Origin: Octopus vulgaris
Taxonomy: Eukaryota
DNA length: 64,000 bases
NCBI GenBank assembly: GCA_951406725.2
Contig: OX597832.1
Location: 33,666,001 to 33,730,000 of the forward strand
Direction: 5' to 3'
Below, piece after piece: positions 1 through 13,453 of the stretch (positions are counted from its first letter, which is position 1; the number at the start of each line of letters is the position of its first letter). A program made the position numbers and the translations under genes. The notes under the pieces are model-generated. The model searched no databases. It was given only the letters and a program-made list of their open reading frames with translations, and was not told the origin of the DNA.

Positions 1-62
1 GTTGCATTTCGTCCGTCTTCACGTTCAAATTCCTCCAAGTTCGACTTTTCCCTTTCATGACC
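1..62 (+). mobile_element. Degenerate SINE fragment (same family as 18632-18875)
   Basis: atttcgtccgtcttcacgttcaaattcctccaagttcgacttttccctttcat aligns by eye to the body of the copies at 18632 and 49565. Confidence 0.6.
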
Positions 63-589
63 AGTGCCTAGTCGCGCTATATTTTGTTTTGTAAGTATGT
101 CTATGAATTTCGTTTGTATATATATATATTGTGTATAAGCGCACACATAAACACATACACACAAACATATAAACATGTTTGTACATATTCGTTAGACATG
201 TTTTCATCAATGTTGTCGTTTGTGCAAATGAGATGTTTTGAGTGGTTATAAGCCTAACATTCTCCAACTTCTTTTTGGAAAACCGTATTTCTTATGGATC
301 TTGCCATTATGATTGCATTTATAATTGCATTATTGGTTTCGCCGACAGAAGCTTCATATCACCTGACGACATGGCGTGGTTATGCATAAACACGAAGTTA
401 TGTAATATTGCGCAATTACTATCAATTGATCAATAAGTAGACATGCTAACTATTGAGACGCGTATAGTGATGTTTTAATCTGTCCATTAATATTTCTTTA
501 CCATGTGAATATGTATGAATGCATGTTTGCATGTATGTGCCAATTTTAGTAACAGTGAGTTAGAAGAGAGTCTCACGAGTCGAGTATTT

Positions 590-622
<33 letters not shown>

Positions 623-1184
623 TCTTTTAATCTTTTATCTGTTTCAGTCATTTGACTGCAGCCATCCTGGTGGGGGAGGCAATGTATATCGAAGCACATA
701 AAGCTATACATGAAATTGTGTAAATATTGGATTAAAACTCCCTTTGTGTATAAAATGTCGAAGGCCGTTTTCGAGACTTGAATCCACATCTCCTGTGGTC
801 AGGACAGTTGTTCTGATATTGGACCGAATTAAACCTTCGGATTTCTCTCTCCAGTTTTCAAACCGTATTCTTATCAGTGCAAATTTTATGCTGTTGAGGT
901 CAAATAAATTTATAAACTTTCGATAGAATATGAACTATTTACTTTTTTGAGCAAAGGATCTCGAAACACATACTGCTATAAACAGAAACATACTTAGATT
1001 AAAATACCACACAACATATATTCTTTGCGTATTAGAATTATATGTGGCTGTTGAGAATCTATTTACCACATGAACAATAGCGCTACATGAATAGGGGAGA
1101 TAATCTCGAGATTCAGTATTTTTCCGAAGTTGACATCTCATTAAGTAAAAGGACAGCTCTATTGCCTGGTGATAAGAAGAGAAT

Positions 1185-1229
1185 CTGAGACGTGGGTTTC
1201 TGAATCAGTAGCCGTCATCATCAGAGTAA
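1185..1229 (-). ncRNA. Hammerhead-like motif, intact core, weak helix I
   Basis: Minus strand CUGAUGA-UGA(cggcuacugau)UCA-GAAAC-ccac-GUC; helix I does not pair well. Confidence 0.4.
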
Positions 1230-1319
1230 TGGACCGTAGTTATTATATGCAGTACGCAAGAGTAGTAGAGTAGTATTCTGTGTGTTTGTGTGTGTGGATA
1301 GACATACACTGCTATACAT

Positions 1320-1375
<56 letters not shown>

Positions 1376-1552
1376 TTATCCATATATAAATACGTGTATA
1401 TGCACACAAATACAGACGTGAGTGTGTGTGTTTGCGTGTGTTTGTGTGTATGTGTGCATGTGTATGTGTGTGTGTGTAATTATGCTTGTGTTTGCGCCTA
1501 CATGTATATTATTGCAGTTAGAACTTTTACGGGAGATGATTTTCTAAACCTT

Positions 1553-1604
<52 letters not shown>

Positions 1605-2163
1605 GTATTGTTATTATTTTTGTTGTTGTTTTTGTTAGTAATAATATTAACAACAACAACAACAACGATAATAATAAAATGTTGTTGCTGTTGTTATTGT
1701 TGTTGTTCTTGTTGTTAATCATAATAATAAATGACATCCAATTTTCTCTAAAATATATTTTTCACTAAGCCAAGATGAAAGCAAGTCGTAAAATTGCGCT
1801 CTATATAATAAACATGAGTAAGGCGTCTGAGATTAAAATCTCAAAATATTAGTTTTGAACAGACCGAAACGTCTACATTTTCTAGAATAACTTGATTAGT
1901 TCCACTTACCGTTTTTTCTCCCTTCAATTCCATATTGGATATTCTATCGAAATGGGAATTCCAAACCGCAATAATGGTTTTCTTGATGTCTGTAGATGTC
2001 TATGTGCTTGTGAGTTTCAAAATGCGAAGTGTTGTAGACATTGCTGGGTGAGTTGGTTTTCGTTTTGTCATCGTTTGCGTCATTGTCCTTGACGCTATTC
2101 CTCATATACCTGTGTGTGGGCATTTATGCACATTTATTTTTCACACACACATATACATACATG

Positions 2164-2215
<52 letters not shown>

Positions 2216-2314
2216 ATGGGCAAAATGTCACGGCGCGGGTTGAATATTTGATAACACTTTATTTTCTGTTTTAAATTCACAATACAATTAAATATATGTA
2301 TATTATATATACAT

Positions 2315-2646
<332 letters not shown>

Positions 2647-2892
2647 ATACAACGTCCAGCGTTAGGAGAAGTAATATATTAAAGTAGTTGACATCCTTAG
2701 AGTTACGGTGGTTTCACAGCCTTCTTCGTGTAATAACAATATCAGTATCGACGAAATTATGCTAACATATTTGTACCAATTTGCATAATCTGCGGAGTTC
2801 GTTGGAAGAGTTACATTTGATAGTCTCACGATTCGAAGAATCCTTATCAGACACAAATCTTCGTTAGGTGTGACTCAAAGAGTAGTGAGAAT

Positions 2893-2938
2893 GTCTCACA
2901 GCTGTTTCCGGTATTTTATATATTCCTTCATCGGAGCC
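2893..2938 (-). ncRNA. Degenerate hammerhead-like motif
   Basis: Minus strand CCGAUGA-A-GG..CC-G-GAAAC-AGCU-GUG; palindromic ACAGCUGU helix III; the GUG triplet is non-canonical. Confidence 0.35.
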
Positions 2939-3359
2939 AGTGTGAGAAAATGGTTAATAGTTATTCTAGATAAAATATGAAATAGACAGTGAAGTGAGGA
3001 ACGAAAATAGACATGAGTTATGCTGGGATATTGTACCTGTAGCTCCATTATTTAGGCAGAATGGTATACATATACATAAGTGGTGGGGTACTGACATCTT
3101 TATACTTCATTTACTCTATACATATATATATATATATTAACTGTTATACAGTGAAAGTCTGCCGAATAGCACATTCTATAAATGCTACTTTTTTCTATGG
3201 TAGTACATAAATTTATGGCTCTTCATAACAGTCTTCTATTAGGTTAAAAATTCCGTTTATTCTTTCGATTTGCTTCCATAATTAAGGTTTACAAATCCTA
3301 ACGCACGAATACACCGATGGGTTGATAATCAGAATAGTAAAACAAATATATACTTTCAT

Positions 3360-3418
3360 ACACACACACAGACACACACATTGACACACACAAACACACA
3401 CACAACACACGCGCACGC

Positions 3419-3503
<85 letters not shown>
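3360..3503. repeat. (CA)n microsatellite
   Basis: Direct reading. Confidence 0.95.
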
Positions 3504-3506
<3 letters not shown>

Positions 3507-3834
3507 ATTGACGATAGAGTCCATTTTTATTATTAGATGATCTTGCAGAGGGTTATTTTCAGCTGGTCATGCTGTGTATCTCTAATCTAATCCATTACAT
3601 TCGTTATCATTCATCAACGTTTCAGACATACTCTTTAAATCTCGACTATCGAACATGTCGTTCATTTGTTTTAAGGCGATATCGCGTGATTTGAGGGAGA
3701 TATGACATGATTCGAGGGAGATAATGGTAATCATTATTTTTATCATTATCATCGTCATTGTCATCGTCATCGTCGTCGTTATCATCGTCATCAGCATCAT
3801 CATCACCATTATTATTATTTTCATACTCATTATT

Positions 3835-3920
3835 GAGCAGTGCATGCCATCAAAGTGACAGTGGGGCACAAATATACGCAGCCCAATATACGCATCATGA
3901 CTACTTGTCTCTAAGGGTAA
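3835..3920. repeat. Interspersed repeat fragment, second copy at about 61712-61800
   Basis: gagcagtgcatgccatcaaagtgaca is shared with 61714-61739. Confidence 0.7.
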
Positions 3921-3923
<3 letters not shown>

Positions 3924-3987
<64 letters not shown>

Positions 3988-3998
3988 CATTATTATTG
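3924..3998. repeat. (ATT)n microsatellite
   Basis: Direct reading. Confidence 0.95.
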
Positions 3999-4019
3999 TT
4001 CAGTAGTGTTATTTTTTAA

Positions 4020-5520
4020 CGTACTTTCACTGCACTACCGAGCGCAGTCCTGTGTGCCTTGGGTATGTGCTGTGGTTTGTTGTGGTGCTCTTATATTCAC
4101 CGTATTGAAAGTGCTTTACGTAGGGCGTGCGCGATGCTTAGTAGCCATATATTCTGTATGTTATACACACTTGTAAGTCCTGGTGCTTTTGTCACTTATT
4201 TATCTCAATGTTTTTTTTTAATCATATCTAATGCGTCAGCTATGATAGGAATTGGTTTTTGACTTTAGGTTCCACATTCGAGTCACCATTTTTCCAGATC
4301 TTTGTATTTTGAAAGTTTCTCTGTTTCTGTTAATGAAATGTTGTCATCTGCTGGTATTGATACATCAATTAGATGGCATCTTTTCTCTTTTGCCATTTCA
4401 TTGTGTTGGCATAGCTTCCACAGGTCCCAGCTCTGTCATGTCTGTGAATATATTCTTTCTTCGCCAGGTCTTGTTAGCCAGAGACAATTTGATATATTGT
4501 TTCTTCTCCATCACCACACATTCTGCAGTTACTTGTATTTCTTTTCATTTCGTGTTTTTGCTGATTTCTAGTGGGAAGGTTTTGTGCTGCAATTAAAAAT
4601 CCTTCGTTCTCTGCTTTCAGTCCTGTGCTTCTCAACTATTGTTGGTATTTCGCTTCATCTATTTCTATTCTGTTTAGCTTAACCCAATATTTGCCATCTA
4701 GCGTCTTTTCTTTCCATTTTTGAATCAGAATACGATATTGTTCCAGTTTTCGTTTCCATTTCAGTTGTTTTACAGCTTTCGTTGTTTCTTTTATTTTTTT
4801 TCTTCATAGTTGTCATGTATTATGATTCCTTTATAGAATTTTTCGGCTTCCTTAAATACAGAAATAGTTTTTGGTGTTGCTCTCGTCTTGTGGCTACTTG
4901 CATTAGTTTTTCTTGCTTCTAAAGTAGACATTTCTGTAGCCCTTTGGTGGTTATTTTAAAGTAGATTTCTAGCAGTATAAAGTCTCTACCACCTTCGATA
5001 CGTTGTATATATAAATTTTCTATGTCAGATTTTTGGAAGATGCATCCTAAATTCTGTCGTTGTTTTTCTTGTTCTATCATTATTTTTCTTACTTTATTTA
5101 GAGTCCACTTAAGAATATTGTAGCTGTAAATGTCTGGATCTCGTCTAATTCTTCTATTTCATTTTGTTTTATCTAGTGGGATGTTGTTTCTCTAAAATAG
5201 TTTTTATCTTTAAGGTTGCCTTGACGCACATTTCTAAGCCAAATTTCATGATTAATTCTTTTCGTAAATCCATTCACTGTCCGTCGTAAGGTTTCCAGCT
5301 GATTATGCTTTATAAGTATATAGTTTTGGATCATCCATTTACAAGAAATTGTTGATTGTTTTGCCGTAACAGTTGTACCCTCACCCACTTCTGTTTAGCA
5401 TGTCAGATAAAAGTATCAGTGGCAAACAGAAAAGGAGTGGAAGAGCGTGTCTCCCTGGAATATTCCTCTTCTAATGGATATAACTTTGGTTTTTATGAGT
5501 CCCTCTTTCGTAAGAAGCTG
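4020..5520 (-). mobile_element. Decayed R4/Dong-like non-LTR retrotransposon (partial RT plus restriction-like endonuclease)
   Basis: Minus strand encodes IRRGIFQGD (about 5450-5475), thumb-region YSYNILKW and a degenerate C-terminal zinc-knuckle/RLE region; flanked by (ATT)n on both sides; many stops and frameshifts. Confidence 0.8.
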
Positions 5521-5529
5521 TAGCACTGT

Positions 5530-5553
5530 TTATTATTATCATCATCATCATCA

Positions 5554-5641
<88 letters not shown>

Positions 5642-5675
5642 CATCATCATTATTATTATTACTATTATCATCATT
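5530..5675. repeat. (ATT/ATC)n microsatellite
   Basis: Direct reading. Confidence 0.95.
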
Positions 5676-5869
5676 AAAAAATTTTAATTTTCGTTAGCAT
5701 CTTCTTTCAATCATGTTTCCATTTCTTGCCGACTGTGTTCGTGACACCTAGGCCAGAGAATAGTACAATAAACACACCAGATTATGATAAAGAAAAAGGG
5801 AAAAACAGAGAGAAAAAGGAAAAAAATAATATGTAAAAAATATATAATAAAGGGGGGGGGAAAGAAAAT

Positions 5870-6148
5870 TCACCGCGACAATTCTCTTCTCAATACGTGT
5901 GATGTACCAGTTAAGACAAGCTTTTGCACTTCATGCATGGATTGGAAACCAGGGATCATTCTCATTCCAGGTGCTCCTATAACCGTTCGTATTGTAACCG
6001 TCTTCAGATGCCACATCTTTTCGATATCGATTAGCAAATCTTTATATTTTCTGAGCTCATCAAATTCTTTTGCAGAGATATTATGGTCACAGGGTATGCT
6101 CATGTCAATCAATAAACAGACTTCATTGTTTTGGTCTTTCACAACAAT
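5870..6148 (-). mobile_element. R4/Dong-like LINE 3' fragment (RLE endonuclease)
   Basis: IVVKDQNNEVCLLIDMSIPCDHNISAKEFDELRKYKDL...VIGAPG...LTGTSHVLR; closely similar peptide at 25955-26254 (+). Confidence 0.85.
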
Positions 6149-6723
6149 TGATGGAAATGCGATCCAAAAGGTTCTTCTCACTCAACTCATATGGTACCCA
6201 AACATCGTAGCGATTTGTGTACCAAAGTTTTACCAGGTGCTCATGAACAACGTATTTTGATAGATTGAGGCTTTCTGCCAATTCTCGGGTTGTGCAATGT
6301 GGGTTATTCTCAATTAATGACATGATTTGGTCATCATCAGTAGTGGATGGTCTGCATGATCGCTCTTTATCAATAAGGCTACAATCTCCAGCTCGGAACC
6401 TTGCGAGCCACTTCCGTACAGTTCTTTCGGATAAAGAAGCATCACCGTAAACTGCGCATATTTCTTTGATTGCTTGTGAGGCATTTTTTCTTTTACGGAA
6501 AAAGAAAAGCATCAAGTGCCGAAAATGAACATTCTTAACTTCCAATTTAAAGGGTTACAGAATTAGCACATGTTATAGGAACATAAACCTTCTTCCACGA
6601 AAATATAGCCTAAACTGTGCTCTAAATGGAGGTGTATTCAAATTTTATTTTATGTACACAACCATGTTCTAAAGTAAGTCGAAAGGTAAGCTACTATAAA
6701 TCAGCACGAACTTTCCGGATAAC

Positions 6724-6728
<5 letters not shown>
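6149..6728 (-). mobile_element. Truncated mariner DNA transposon: 5' TIR plus N-terminal HTH region of transposase
   Basis: ORF 6123-6545 has ICAVYG..LSERTVRKW..RFR.G..SL.D..R..RP and WVPYEL motifs; TIR-like tattgggttatccggaaagttcgtgctgattt (6698-6729) abuts (TA)n; DD34D domain absent. Confidence 0.9.
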
Positions 6729-6811
<83 letters not shown>

Positions 6812-7402
6812 AATATAAGCGTATATACATGTACATGTATGTGTTTGTTTATGAGTGAGTGAGTGTGTGAGTGTTTGCTTCATGTGTATATATATGTTAG
6901 TCTAAATTTAAATTTAAACTTGGACGTCCGCAATAACATAAGAAAACGTTAATATTTGCATCGATCTTTTGAGGTGGTGCTGAAAACATTAGAATATCTC
7001 TGGCTTTTGACCAAGCTCGTTGTGTGGTCTGGCGATATTTCAGTATCGAGCTTATATTGAAAGCAATTCTTGTGCCAATATTTGTCATTAATTATAAGAC
7101 TTTGGCAATTAGAATTTTGAAAGTCTTACAGAGTTGTGAGATTGAAAGAAGATCGAGATTAAATGTAGAAAGGTTAAATGGAACAAATTAGAAAGAATCC
7201 TTCGAATCGGTGTCAATTTTTCGAAATTCTACACGAAATTTCTATCTGAAGATTAACTCTTGATGCATTATTAAAATATGCAGGTGAAGTGATATAAACG
7301 AACACACGCACAAACATATAAGAGATGTATAGATATATCTACACGCACACACACATATATATATATATATATATAAATCTATTTATATATATATATATAT
7401 AT

Positions 7403-7680
7403 GGTGAAGTATATTTGCCATTAAAATATGGCTAACCCCTAAGAGTGAATGCTACTCTAGCTTGTATCCCCAGGAGGACACCTCCTCCAGCTGGCTATTG
7501 ACACACTTTCTGTGCCCTATCAGTATTTGCAAAGGGAAGCTAACATTCCCGTCTTCAACCAATGATACACACGGACTCGAGTTTCTGAGTATTGACCCGT
7601 GATCAGCGTGTGACAATCACGAGTTTTTCTCTTTATTATAGGCACACGGCCTGAATACAGAGAGGACATACACAAACATA
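7403..7680 (-). mobile_element. Short non-coding element next to (TA)n carrying a hammerhead-like fold
   Basis: Complex block starting directly at a TA tract; contains the 7568-7612 motif. Confidence 0.5.
7568..7612 (-). ncRNA. Type I hammerhead-like fold with variant core CUGAUCA
   Basis: CACACG-CUGAUCA-C-GGGU(CAAU)ACUC-A-GAAAC-UCGA-GUC-CGUGUG: 6-bp helix I, 4-bp helix II, palindromic ACUCGAGU helix III. Confidence 0.65.
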
Positions 7681-7964
7681 CGGGAACAAAAAAACATATG
7701 AAAGAATGAACTACAATGAATTAAATTATAATGAATATGAGACGGTTTTCTCGGTCCCGCTCCGAGACGAAAGCACGATTACTTTTTTACGATTAAACGT
7801 TCTTACAGTCTTTTTCTTTTTTCCTTGTTTAATTTGTTCTTTTTCTTAGTCTTTTTTGCATCGTTTTTTTTTCCTTTTTTCTTTATACATTCTAGCAGTC
7901 TATTTTCACTTTTTTTTTATGAAGTACAAATTTTACTTACGTATTTTTAAATGTTCATAAAGGG

Positions 7965-8270
7965 TTACAAATCTTCTAATTCCACGACCGGTGGGAGCTC
8001 GTCAGACTCGACTTCAAGCCCCAGCGGGTCTATGAAAAGTTCATGCGTATCTCTAAATTTCAAATATCTCTCTTTATCTATGACTATTGCTTTAGTGTAT
8101 TCCGGGTATTTTTCTGCTCTTATTACCGATTTAAATTTTACAATGTTTTTCTCTACTTCTTTACTTTTGTTAATAAGTGACCAAATGCCACTTATATCTC
8201 TTCCTTTTCACTCCTGCTTGCTTTCGCTCCCGACCTGATCTGTTCGGGCGTGCAGAAACCTCACAACCAA
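7965..8270 (-). pseudogene. Unassigned protein-coding-like remnant (about 100 codons, one internal TGA)
   Basis: Manual translation LVVRFLHARTDQVGSESKQE*KGRDISGIWSLINKSKEVEKNIVKFKSVIRAEKYPEYTKAIVIDKERYLKFRDTHELFIDPLGLEVESDELPPVVELEDL*; the Ser-rich + ORF 7951-8238 looks like its antisense shadow. Confidence 0.4.
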
Positions 8271-8305
8271 TTTTATGAACGCTATTATTATTATTATTAT
8301 TATTA

Positions 8306-8376
<71 letters not shown>

Positions 8377-8389
8377 TCTTATTTTTCGA

Positions 8390-8640
8390 GCACCATCCGG
8401 AGTATTCGAGTAGTTCCAAGCAGTGCAGTTTTTTGCAAGTGTTCCACCCTTATTGCATCCCCTACTTGTTTTATGTACTTCTCAAAATTTTTACTCATTC
8501 TTCTCAGGACTCCGACAATTATTGGTATTACCACCACCTTTTCAGCGACCACAGCTACTTATCCTCCCTAGCTAATCTGTTATATCTACCGACTTTTCTT
8601 TCTTCCTCATCGCATACCTTGTTGTCAGCTGGGCATTATC
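8390..8640 (-). mobile_element. R4/Dong-like LINE 3' RLE fragment
   Basis: Minus strand ends LQKTALLGTTRILR, preceded by VVVIPIIVGVL; bounded by (ATT)n. Confidence 0.75.
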
Positions 8641-8709
8641 ATGATTACCGTTATTATTATTATTGGATATTCCACTCAGAAACTATCATGGATAATTGCA
8701 TGTGTCCTT

Positions 8710-9290
8710 AGCCTACCAGTGCTATCTGGTTGCGCTACCAGTTCTAGATAAACTCTACAGGCATGGATGTACTGTCAGACGGGTCTGTCCAAAGAGCGCG
8801 CAGGGTGATGAACTCGTTTTGCAAGCACATCATTCAATGTCCGGGCATTATTGACTTGTGAGGTTATGTCGAACAGCTGCTGTCACGAGTGGAACGGATC
8901 TGTCTACTGGCTGAGTCCATAGAGATGATTGATCCGAGTCCTCTTTTAATCCTGCAGGCAAGGTACTTTTCCTCTGTCTTGTGGCTGAAGCGAAAGAGGT
9001 TGTCTGGACGAGGATGCAAGGCATGAGGGCAGACACATTCCGCTTTGGTAGAGGTTTCATTCACCTGAAAAGGGAATTGAGTTTGGAGAGTGAAGTGTTG
9101 TTCTCAATTAAGTTTACTGAAAAGTGAGTGAAAGTTGCGAAATTGGCAAGAATGGCACCTCCCTCAGTGAAGACCTGTGAGTCGGAGAAAGGGAATCGCA
9201 GAGGGCACTTGCCCTTAATGTTCAGAGAGATCTTGGATAGTGGGGCACTTTGATTATCCGAAGAGATCATCCCCCATCAGGAGGGCTACA
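8710..9290 (+). mobile_element. L1/Tx1-clade LINE ORF2 C-terminal (zinc-finger) fragment
   Basis: Frameshifted + strand ALPVLDKLYRHG..CP....DE....IQCP.I.DL*GYVEQLLSRV..LCLVAEAKEVVW; related pieces at 62100-62340 and 62526-62670. Confidence 0.65.
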
Positions 9291-9324
9291 TCTCTATTAT
9301 CTACTCCTTCTTTTAACCTCTCTA

Positions 9325-9430
9325 TACCTTCTGATACCTTCTGATACTGTTCCCAGGGACCCAACAATAATTGGCACTCTTTTCACCTTCCGCATTTCCC
9401 ACAACCAGGTTATTTCCTACTTAAGATGGT
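9325..9430 (-). mobile_element. Small RLE-LINE fragment
   Basis: Minus strand LK*EITWLWEMRKVKRVPIIVGSLGTV. Confidence 0.6.
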
Positions 9431-9789
9431 TATTATTATCACTATTATTAATATTTTATTTTTTAGTAGTAGTAGTAGTAGTAGTAGTATGATTTTCCTG
9501 ATCTACAGTTAGGTATATTTGCACAGCGGAGCTACCCACTGTGTTGTCCCCATCGATTTACTGTCATCAGACATAATTATGAGAGGCTATCAATGACATA
9601 ATCAACGATGTAAGCTCTGCCATTATCGGATTCATCCTCCTTTCTTTAAATACTTTCATTATTGAATGTCAACATCAAATTCAAAAAATAATCAATAAGG
9701 AAACAATCATTGATAGTGGCTACAAGTTGTCTTGTTAACGTTCTAATGTGACTGCCACTTCGAATAGATGAATAACAAGAACGGCAGTG

Positions 9790-9886
9790 ATCATGATGAT
9801 GATGGCGATGATGATGGTGATGGCGATGATAATCATAATGATGATGATGATGATTATGATGATGGTGTTGAGGAAGACGACGTCAG

Positions 9887-9980
<94 letters not shown>

Positions 9981-10020
9981 AAGGATGATGATGATGATGA
10001 TGATGATGATGTTGATGATT
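9790..10020. repeat. (GAT)n microsatellite
   Basis: Direct reading. Confidence 0.95.
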
Positions 10021-10609
10021 ACAGTTAAACATACCAAAAAAAAAATTTTGGCTTTACTGGACAACCCTGTTTTCATCGATTAACTGTCACGAGCCAACCT
10101 TAACTATGTTAGGATATTAAAGACATTATCGAAAAAGTAAATGCTTCCATTATGGAGAAAGTTCTTTCTTTAACTACTGACACTCTTGAATATCAAGATT
10201 ATTCTTTTGAATAAACAATGTAAAACAAAACAAAAAAAAACAAACAAAAAATTTCTTTCGTATCCCAAGAATGAAAATCCTTGATTTTTATAGAATTCAA
10301 TTTTTTATTTATTATACTGAATCTAAACAAGTTTATAAAAATTTCCTCCATCAAGTTTGTTTTCCATATAGCATATAGCATCACTCTCATTGCACCCATG
10401 CCGTTACACTTTTATTAAAACATGATATTCTACACTTGTAGATCTTGTTTTGGTTATCTTTTATATTTCTTGATTGTCTTTCATCTGCTGTGATTTTCAT
10501 TTTCATATCTTCCTCGAACCTTAAAACTCGTAAAAGCATCTTCTCCGTTTCTATGGCGTATAAGTAACAGCTCTCTCGCTTAACGAAACGCTGGCCATTT
10601 TCAAGGTTC

Positions 10610-10806
10610 GAGTCCAGCAATTTCGTGGGGACAATTTGATTATCTCGACCCCAGAGTACCTGATCAGTATTGTAAATTATCGGTCTTGACGAGATAAAAG
10701 GCAAAACTGACCTCAGCAGGAATGAAAACAAGAACTTAAAGAACCGTAAGAAATAAGGTAAAGCACTTTTGGCTTCCGCACAAACAATCCTGCAATCTCA
10801 CTACCG
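10610..10806 (-). mobile_element. Old degenerate SINE copy
   Basis: Reverse complement resembles 18632-18800 (gaggtcagttttgccttt...ctggggtcga). Confidence 0.55.
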
Positions 10807-10859
10807 TGTACAATTACCTTTTATATACAGCCTTTTATAATCAACTTTCGGTACACACA

Positions 10860-10898
<39 letters not shown>

Positions 10899-11600
10899 TA
10901 ACACACAAACACATAATTTTTAGGATTCATTTGAATTAAAATATTTAAATTTTAAGGACATTGAAAAGTTTGAGTTCTGCACATCTGTGTAGGTAGGATA
11001 TACAAACACGCCTCTATATACCCAAGCACATTGGTACATGTTCATACATTTACATACACATGTGCAGGAAATTATATACCCATGCACACCGGATTGCAGT
11101 TTAACGATGCAATGTAAGTTCCAGACCTAACATAGGGAAGATTCTATGGATGGTGTTTACATAAAGAACAGAAATGGGTTAAGGTTCACGACAGCTGTTT
11201 CAGACGTGTTTTTTACTGGTGAATAATTCGATTACTTCATGAAAAACAAACCGTTTATTTAAGGTCAAATAAAATTTAAAATTTGGTTCGGAAACAAAAA
11301 TCAATACTGAGATGTGGAATGTGAATTGAGAGTCTCATTTCAGTAATAAACAAGAGATTGAAGAGCTACCGAAACTTAGCCAGATTCTATAGGCCCTTAG
11401 ATCGTAAAATAATCAACGGACAAATCGACAGTACATTATAAGAAAAGATAAGAGGAAGACAGAGAGAATGAAACAGGAAGTAGAGGGAAGGAAGTCTAGA
11501 TTAAGGATTATCAGCTAGCCTAAGGAAGACTCGTGTCCCCAAACCGAAAAGCGAATTACAACTAACCCACAGACCATCAAACACAGAACATATATAACAC

Positions 11601-11657
<57 letters not shown>

Positions 11658-11687
11658 TATATAAATACACACACACACATACACAAT

Positions 11688-11744
<57 letters not shown>

Positions 11745-12142
11745 GTGTGTGTGTGTGTATGTACCATTGGAATGGAGCAACACATTGGTTCTTAATACGT
11801 TGGCATATGTTAGCAGATTGATTTGAGGGTGTTCTACACCATATATCACGTAGCTAATGTCAGAACATATTTAAACATGTGCAGACTTGCAGTTCTGTCA
11901 AAGTGTAGTCCGATACTATTATCTCAAATTTAACCGTAACAGATTAAATCGAGGCAATTTTGCCTAGAATTAATTCACCATTAACACACAATTAGAAACG
12001 CGCGATACGATATATAAAGAGATAGGTTTTGCTTATGGAAATGGACATTGATTCAAAAGTCTTCTTTTCATACTGAAAATAGAAACATGCACGACAATGC
12101 AGAAACTCATATTTTTAGCAGACATATTGATATTTATTTCAA

Positions 12143-12347
12143 GATTTGGCACAGGCCAGCAATTTAGGGGGTGGGATAAGTCGATTACATCGACCTCAGT
12201 GCTCAACTAATACTTATTCTATTGACATCCAAAAGGAATAATATCGAAGTCGACCTTGGCGGTATTTGAGCTCTGAACACAAAGAAAGACGAAATGCCGC
12301 AACGAATCTTGCCAGGTGTTCAAACGATCCTTCAAACTCGTCACCTT
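12143..12347 (-). mobile_element. Degenerate SINE copy
   Basis: agtcgattacatcgacc...aagtcgaccttggcggtatttgagctc...gacgaaatgccgc is the reverse complement of the SINE body. Confidence 0.7.
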
Positions 12348-12813
12348 AGCATATATATTGATATGAACATTTTTAAATATAGTAAAATTAATATGTATTT
12401 TTTTTTTCCTCTGGTGATTATGCAAAATGAAGGACAAAGAAGAATACGAGAGAATTATGCCTGGCAAGAACCAAAAACTATTTTATTCAGACTCATTCAG
12501 AAACTGAAGCCATTAGCAAAAATTATTGTGGCCCAACATAATGATGTATAATGAGTATAATTGTCACGAAATGCTGTCATTTCCTTGTTTCTATGAATAC
12601 ATAAATGAATAATGAAGTGAATGTATAAACACCATTTATTAAACAGTAATTTCGTCTGTTAAAACATTCCTGTCTTTAAAAAATTATGGTAAACCCACGG
12701 TTCTATCATAACACTGATCAACACTCAGCCATTGAAATAGTTATAGTGAAAAGGACAAGTGTGTGTGGTGTGAGCATGTTTCCTCGTTTAGAATGTAAAA
12801 AGTACATATATAT

Positions 12814-12856
<43 letters not shown>

Positions 12857-12859
12857 TAC

Positions 12860-12907
<48 letters not shown>

Positions 12908-12909
<2 letters not shown>

Positions 12910-13200
12910 CGGGAAGCTTTATGAAAATAAACAAAAGACGAAGGCAGGTGGAAAACAAACGAACAATTGTATTAGTATGGCGCTCAGGAAATATAAATAA
13001 AACAAGTCTTTAACGTTTCGAGCCTACGCTCTTCAACAGAAAGATACACAGAGAGAGAAAAACACAGAAAGAAGGAGAGAAAAAAATGCGTGCAGTAGCT
13101 AACGAATCAACATGGCGATCTGATTTCGGCCAGAGGTCAAAGATCAAACATGAGACGCGAGAGCGAAATAAGGGGAGATAATAGGGTTGATAAATGGGTT
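12908..13200 (-). mobile_element. Non-coding repeat (probable Penelope-like terminal sequence) inserted at (TA)n; related copies at about 31005-31145 and 41058-41240
   Basis: aaacaaaagacgaag.caggtg...gtattagt..g.gctc.g.aa is shared with the 31005 copy; gtatta...cgctcaggaaa and the hammerhead-like motif are shared with the 41058 copy. Confidence 0.65.
13007..13044 (-). ncRNA. Minimal hammerhead-like fold, variant core CUGUUGA
   Basis: UCUUU-CUGUUGA-A-GAGC(GUAG)GCUC-GAAAC-GUU-AAAGA: 5-bp helix I, 4-bp helix II, loopless palindromic helix III. Confidence 0.6.
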
Positions 13201-13276
13201 GAGGGACCAGCTAAAAGTGCGTGGGAGGGGTCTGGATGTGTGTATGTATAGGGTTAGTGCATGTATTAGTATGTAT

Positions 13277-13311
<35 letters not shown>

Positions 13312-13453
13312 AGAGAGTATTAGTGCGTAAGATTGGTCTGGACGTGCGTATGTATGGGGTTGGTGTATGTATTAGTATGTATTAGTATGTATTAGTACAC
13401 ATATATGTATATATATAAATTAATCAAAATAAAAACATGATGCCAGGGATTCA

